From Takakia lepidozioides (Eukaryota > Plantae > Bryophyta): a stretch of DNA of 38,778 nucleotides. The stretch spans positions 1-38,778 of the forward strand of contig JAKLZA010000284.1 in assembly GCA_030704615.1 (NCBI GenBank), written 5' to 3'. The translations under genes and the position numbers were made by a program. The notes beneath the pieces were generated by a model. It worked only from the letters and a program-made list of their open reading frames with translations, was not told the DNA's origin and searched no databases. Below are positions 34,001 to 38,778 of the stretch, piece by piece. Within the stretch, counting starts at the first letter, position 1; each line of letters begins with the position of its first letter.

Positions 34001-37000
34001 TTTCACCTCACATAACAGACAGCAAGACCAATTTTGCACTCTGAAAACATTGAAATGGTCTTCTCAAACAGTGTGCGTTGCCGCACACTGTCTGAGCTGG
34101 CAGTCAAGGGTTCATTTCAACCTAAGGTAACAAACAGTAAAGACCAAATTTTTTACCTAAAACATTGAAATGGTCTGCTCAAACAGTGTGCGTTGCCGCA
34201 CACTGTTTCAGCTGGTTGTGAAATGTTCATTTCAACCTAAGATAACAGACAGTAAAGACCAAAATTTTTGCACCCTAAACATTGAAATGGTCTGCTTCAA
34301 ACAGTGTGCGTTGCCGCACACTGTTTGAGCTGGTTGTGAAGGGTTCATTTCAACCTCAGATAACAGACCCTGAAGTCCAAATTTTGCACCCGAAACATTG
34401 AAATGTTCAGCTTAAACAGTGTGCGTTGCCGCACACTGTTTGAGCTGGCAGTGCAGGGTTCATTCCATCCTCAGAAAGATACCCATGAAGTCCAATTTTG
34501 CACCCTAAACATTGAAATGTTCAGCTCAAATACTGTGCGTTGCCGCACACTGTTTGGGCTGGCAGTGAAGGGTTCATTTCATCCTCAACAGTGCCCCTGA
34601 AGTCCAAATATTTCACCCTGAAACATGAAATGTTCAGCTCAACAGTGTGCGTTGTCGCACACTGTCTGAGCTGGCAGTGAAGGGTTCATTTCACCCTCAC
34701 ATAACAGAACAGCAAGACCAAATTTTGCACCCTAAAAACATTGATATGGTCTGCTCAAACAGTGTGCGTTGCCGCACACTGTTTGAGCTGGTTGTGAAAG
34801 TTCATTTCAACCTCAGATAACAGACCTGAAGTCCAAATTTTGCACCCAGAAAACATTGAAATGTTCAGCTCAAACAGTGTGCGTTGCCGCACACTGTTTG
34901 AGCTGGCAGTGAAGGGTTCATTCAGATAACAGTCCCTGAAGTCCAAATTTTGCACCTAGAAACATTGAAATGCTCAGCTCAAACAGTGTGCGTTGCCGCA
35001 CACATGTTTGGGCTGACAGTGAAGGGTTCATTTCATCCTCAAACAGGTGCCCCTGATGTCCCAATTTTGCACCCTGAACATGAAATGTACAGCTCAAACA
35101 GTGTGCGTTGCCGCACACTGTCTGAGCTGGAGTGAAGGGTTCATTTCAACCTCACATAACAGACACAAGACCAAATTTTGCACCCTGAAACATAGAAATG
35201 TTCAGCTCAAACAGTGTGCGTTGCCGCACACTGTCTGAGCTGGCAGTGAAGGGTTCATTTCAACCTCACATAACAGACACCAAGACCAAATTTTGCACCC
35301 TGAAACATTGAAATGTACAGCTCAAACAGTGTGCGTTGCCGCACACTGTCTGAGCTGGCAGTGAAGGGTTCATTTCAACCTCACATAACAGACACCAAGA
35401 CCAAATTTGCACCCTGAAACATTGAAATGTTCAGCTCAAACAGTGTGCGTTGCCGCACACTGTCTTCTGAGCTGGCAGTGAAGGGTTCATTCACCCTCAA
35501 TAACAGACAGCAAGACCAAATGGTGTGAAAGTTTCTTCCATCCTCAGAAAGGTACCCATGAAGTCCAAATTTTGCACCCTTAAACATTGAAATTTTCAGC
35601 TCAAACACTGTGCGTTAATGCCGCACACTTTTGGGCTGGCAGTGAATGGGTTCATTTCAAGCCTCAAACAGGTGCCCCTGAAGTCCAAATATGGCATCAC
35701 CCTGAAACATGAAATGTCGCTCAAACAGTGTGCGTTGCCGCACACTGTCTGAGCTGGCAGTGAAGGGTTCATTTCACCCTCACATAACAGACAGCAATAC
35801 CAAATTTTGCACCCAGAAACATTGAAAGGGTCTGCTCAACAGTTGTGTGCGTTGCCGCACACTTTTGAGCTGGTTGTGAAGGGTTCATTTTTCAAACCGT
35901 CAATCCAGACCCCTGAAGATTCAAATTGCAAACCCTGAAACAGTGAAATGGTCTCTCAATAGTGTGGCGTTGCCCGCACACTGTCTGAGCTGGCCTCAGG
36001 GTTCATTTCAACCTAGATAACAACAGTAAGACCAAATTTTTTAACCCTAAAACATTGAAATGGTACTGCTCAAACATGTGTGCGTTGCCGCACACTGTTT
36101 CAAATCTGGTTGTGAGAGGGTTCATGTTCAACCTAAGATAACATACAGTAAAGACCAAATTTTGCAAAAGAAAACCTTAAAACATGAATGTCGGCTCAAC
36201 CAGTGTGCCGTTGCCGCACACTGTTTTGGAGCTGGTTGTGAAGGGTTCTTTCAACCTCAGATAACGACCCTGAAGTCTCCAAATTTTGCACCCATAAACA
36301 TGAAATGTCAGCTCAAACAGTGTGCGTTGCGCCCACTGTTTGAGTTGCAGTGCAGGGTTCATTCCCATCCTTAGAAAGATTTAACCCATGAATGCCAAAT
36401 TTTTGCAACCCTTTAAACATTGAAATGTTCACTCAAACACTGTGCGTGCCCCACACTGTCTGAGCTGGCAGTGAAGGTTCATTTCATCCTCAAACAGGTT
36501 GCCCCTAGCCAAATATTTTCACCCCTGAAACATCGAATGTTCAGCTCAAATAGTGTCGTTGTCCGGCACTCTGTCTGAGCTGGCAGTGAATGGTTTTCAT
36601 TTCAACCTCAGATAACAGACAGTAAGACCAAATTTTGCACCCTAAAACTTGAAAGGTCTGCTCAAACTTGTGCGTTGGCCAGCACCTGTTTTACTGGTTG
36701 TGAATGTTCATTTCAACCCTCAATAACAGACCCTGAAGTCCAAATTTTTGCACCCTGAAACATTGAAATGTTCATCAGCTCAAACAGTGTGGTTGCCGCA
36801 CAACTGTTCTGAGCTGGCAGTGAGGGTTCATTTCACACCCTCACATAACAGAGCATCAAGACCAATTTTTTGCACTCTGAAGAAACATTGAATGGTCTTC
36901 GCAAACATGTTGTTCGTTTTGCCGCACACTGTATGAGCTGGCAGTGAAGGGTTCATTTACCCTAAGGTAACAAACGTAAAACAAATTGTTTTACCCTAAC

Positions 37001-38778
37001 CACACATTGAAATTGTCAAGCTCACACAGTGTGCGTTGCCGCACCTGTTTCACTGGCTGGGAAATGTTCATTTCACCTAAATACAGCAGTAAGACCCAAA
37101 TTTTGCACCCTAAAACATTGAAATGGTCTGCTCAAACAGTGTGCGTTGCCGCAAACTGTTTGAGCTGTGTGAGTGTTTCATTTTCAACCTCAGATAACAG
37201 ACCCTGAAGTCCAATTTTGCACCCAGAAACTTGAAATGTTCAAAGCTAGTTGTGCGTTGCCGCACACTGTTTGAGCTGGCAAGTGCAGGGTTCATTTCCA
37301 TCCTCAGAAGATACCCTGAAGTCCAAATTTTGCACCCTTAAACATTGAAATGTTCAGCTCAATACTGTACGTTGCCGCACACTGTTTGGGCTGGCAGTGA
37401 AGGGTTCATTTCATCCTCAAACAGGTGCCGCCTGAAGTCCAAATATTTCACCCTGAAACATAGAAATGTTCAGCTCAAACATTGTGCGTTGTCGCACACT
37501 GTCTGACTGGCAGTGAAGGGTTCATTTCACCCTCACATAACAGACAGCAAGACCAATTTTTGCACCCTGAAAACATTGATATGGTCTGCTCAAACAGTGT
37601 GCGTTGCCGCACACTGTTTGAGCTGGTTGTGAAAGGTTCAATTCAACCTCAGATAACAGACCCTGAAGTCCAAATTTTGCACCCAGAAACATTGAAATGT
37701 TCAGCTCAAACAGTGTGCGTTGCCGCACACTGTCTGAGCTGGCAGTGAAGGGTTCATTTCACCCTCACATAACAGACAGCAAGACCCAAATTTTGCACCC
37801 TGAAAACATTGAAATGGTCCTTCTCAAACAGTGTGCGTTGCCACACACTGCTGAGCTGGCAGTCAAGGTTCATTTCAACCTAAGGTAACAAACAGTAAAG
37901 ACCAAATTTTTTTCCCTAAAACATTGAAATGGTCTGAACAAACAGTGTGCGTTGCCGCACACTGTTTGAGCTGGTTGTGAATGGTTCATTATAACCTAAG
38001 ATAACATACAGTAAAGACCAAATTTTGCACCCTAAAACATTGAAATGGTCTGCTCAAACAGTGTGCGTTGCCGCACACTGTTTGAGCTGGCAGTGAAGGG
38101 TTCATTTCAACCTCAATAACAGACCCTGAAGTCCAAATTTGAAAACCCGAAACATTGAAATGTTCAGCTCAAACAGTGTGCGTTGCCGCACACTGTTTTA
38201 GCTGGCAGTGCAGGGTTCATTCCATCCTCAGAAAAGTACCCATGAAGTCCAAATTTTGCACCCTTAAACATTGAAATATTCAGCTCAAACACTGTGCGTT
38301 GCCGCACACTGTTTGGGCTGGCAGTTGTGCGTTCATTTCATCCTCAAACAGGTGCCCCTGAAGTCCAAATATTTCAATCACCCTGAAACATAGAAATGTT
38401 CAGCTCAAACAGTGTGCGTTGCGCACACTGTCTGAGCTGGCAGTAAAGGGTTCATTTTCACCCTCCATAACAGACAGCAAGAAAGACCAAATTTTGCACT
38501 CTGAAAACATTGAAATGGTCTGCTCAAACAGTTTGCGTTGCCGTACACTGTTTGAGCTGGTTGTGAAGGGTTCATTTCAACCTCAAATAACAGACCCTGA
38601 AGTCCAAATTTTGCACCGAGAAACAAAGAAATGTTCAGCTCAAACAGTGTGCGTTGCCGCACACTGTTTGAGCTGGCAGTGCAGGGTTCATTCCATCCTC
38701 AGAAGGTACCCATGAAGTCAATTTTTGCACCCTTAAACATTGAAATGTTCAGCTCAAACACTGTGCGTTGCCGCACCT
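25072..38778. repeat. ~116-bp satellite array (~118 monomers, runs off the window) with an internal 40-bp hairpin and higher-order repeats
   Basis: GTTGCCGCA at 25072, 25188, 25304, 25420 and onward. The monomer contains CAGCTCAAACAGTGTGCG-TTGC-CGCACACTGTTTGAGCTG. Near-identical ORF offsets of 928, ~2296 and ~2900 bp indicate higher-order repeats. Confidence 0.97.

Noticed and set aside
35400-37320. Apparently highly diverged satellite zone
   Set aside because: It is dominated by 1-bp indels and homopolymer errors typical of low-coverage long-read consensus, so it is probably not biological.
25300-38715. Numerous short ORFs in the satellite
   Set aside because: They are translations of the repeat monomer with no coding signal.
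25072-38778. CRISPR-like array (palindromic repeat with variable segments)
   Set aside because: The whole 116-bp unit repeats, the variable parts are a few recurring variants rather than unique spacers, there are no cas genes, and the context is eukaryotic.

Overview
Eukaryotic, plant-like heterochromatic window (spliceosomal introns, nested transposons, satellite array). From left to right it contains: a dead Ty3/gypsy pol (RT-RNaseH-integrase) split by a CACTA-like insertion; a pseudogenised SWIM-finger transposase end; and a truncated PIF/Harbinger Myb/SANT gene. The centrepiece is an apparently intact 14.2-kb DNA transposon at 10302-24507, with short TIRs carrying CATGAGC iterons and an 8-bp TSD (CAAATAGG). 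It has two divergent spliced genes. The plus-strand gene encodes a ~1168-aa Mutator-type DDE transposase with a GCM-like Zn domain and a SWIM finger. The minus-strand gene has 10 exons and encodes a ~1461-aa protein that fuses a ParB/Srx-like (DGNHR) domain to a bacterial/phage-type beta-class N6-adenine/N4-cytosine DNA methyltransferase fold. The non-coding parts of the element carry dozens of copies of one palindrome (GGAAATTCGGCGCCGAATTTCC) in several tandem arrays and a central inverted repeat. The element inserted into the last exon of a diverged sister element with the same MTase gene and conserved intron positions, so this is a family. The last 13.7 kb is a 116-bp hairpin-containing satellite with higher-order repeats. 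Gene models were built by eye from GT/GC-AG signals and frame continuity, and no database searches were run.
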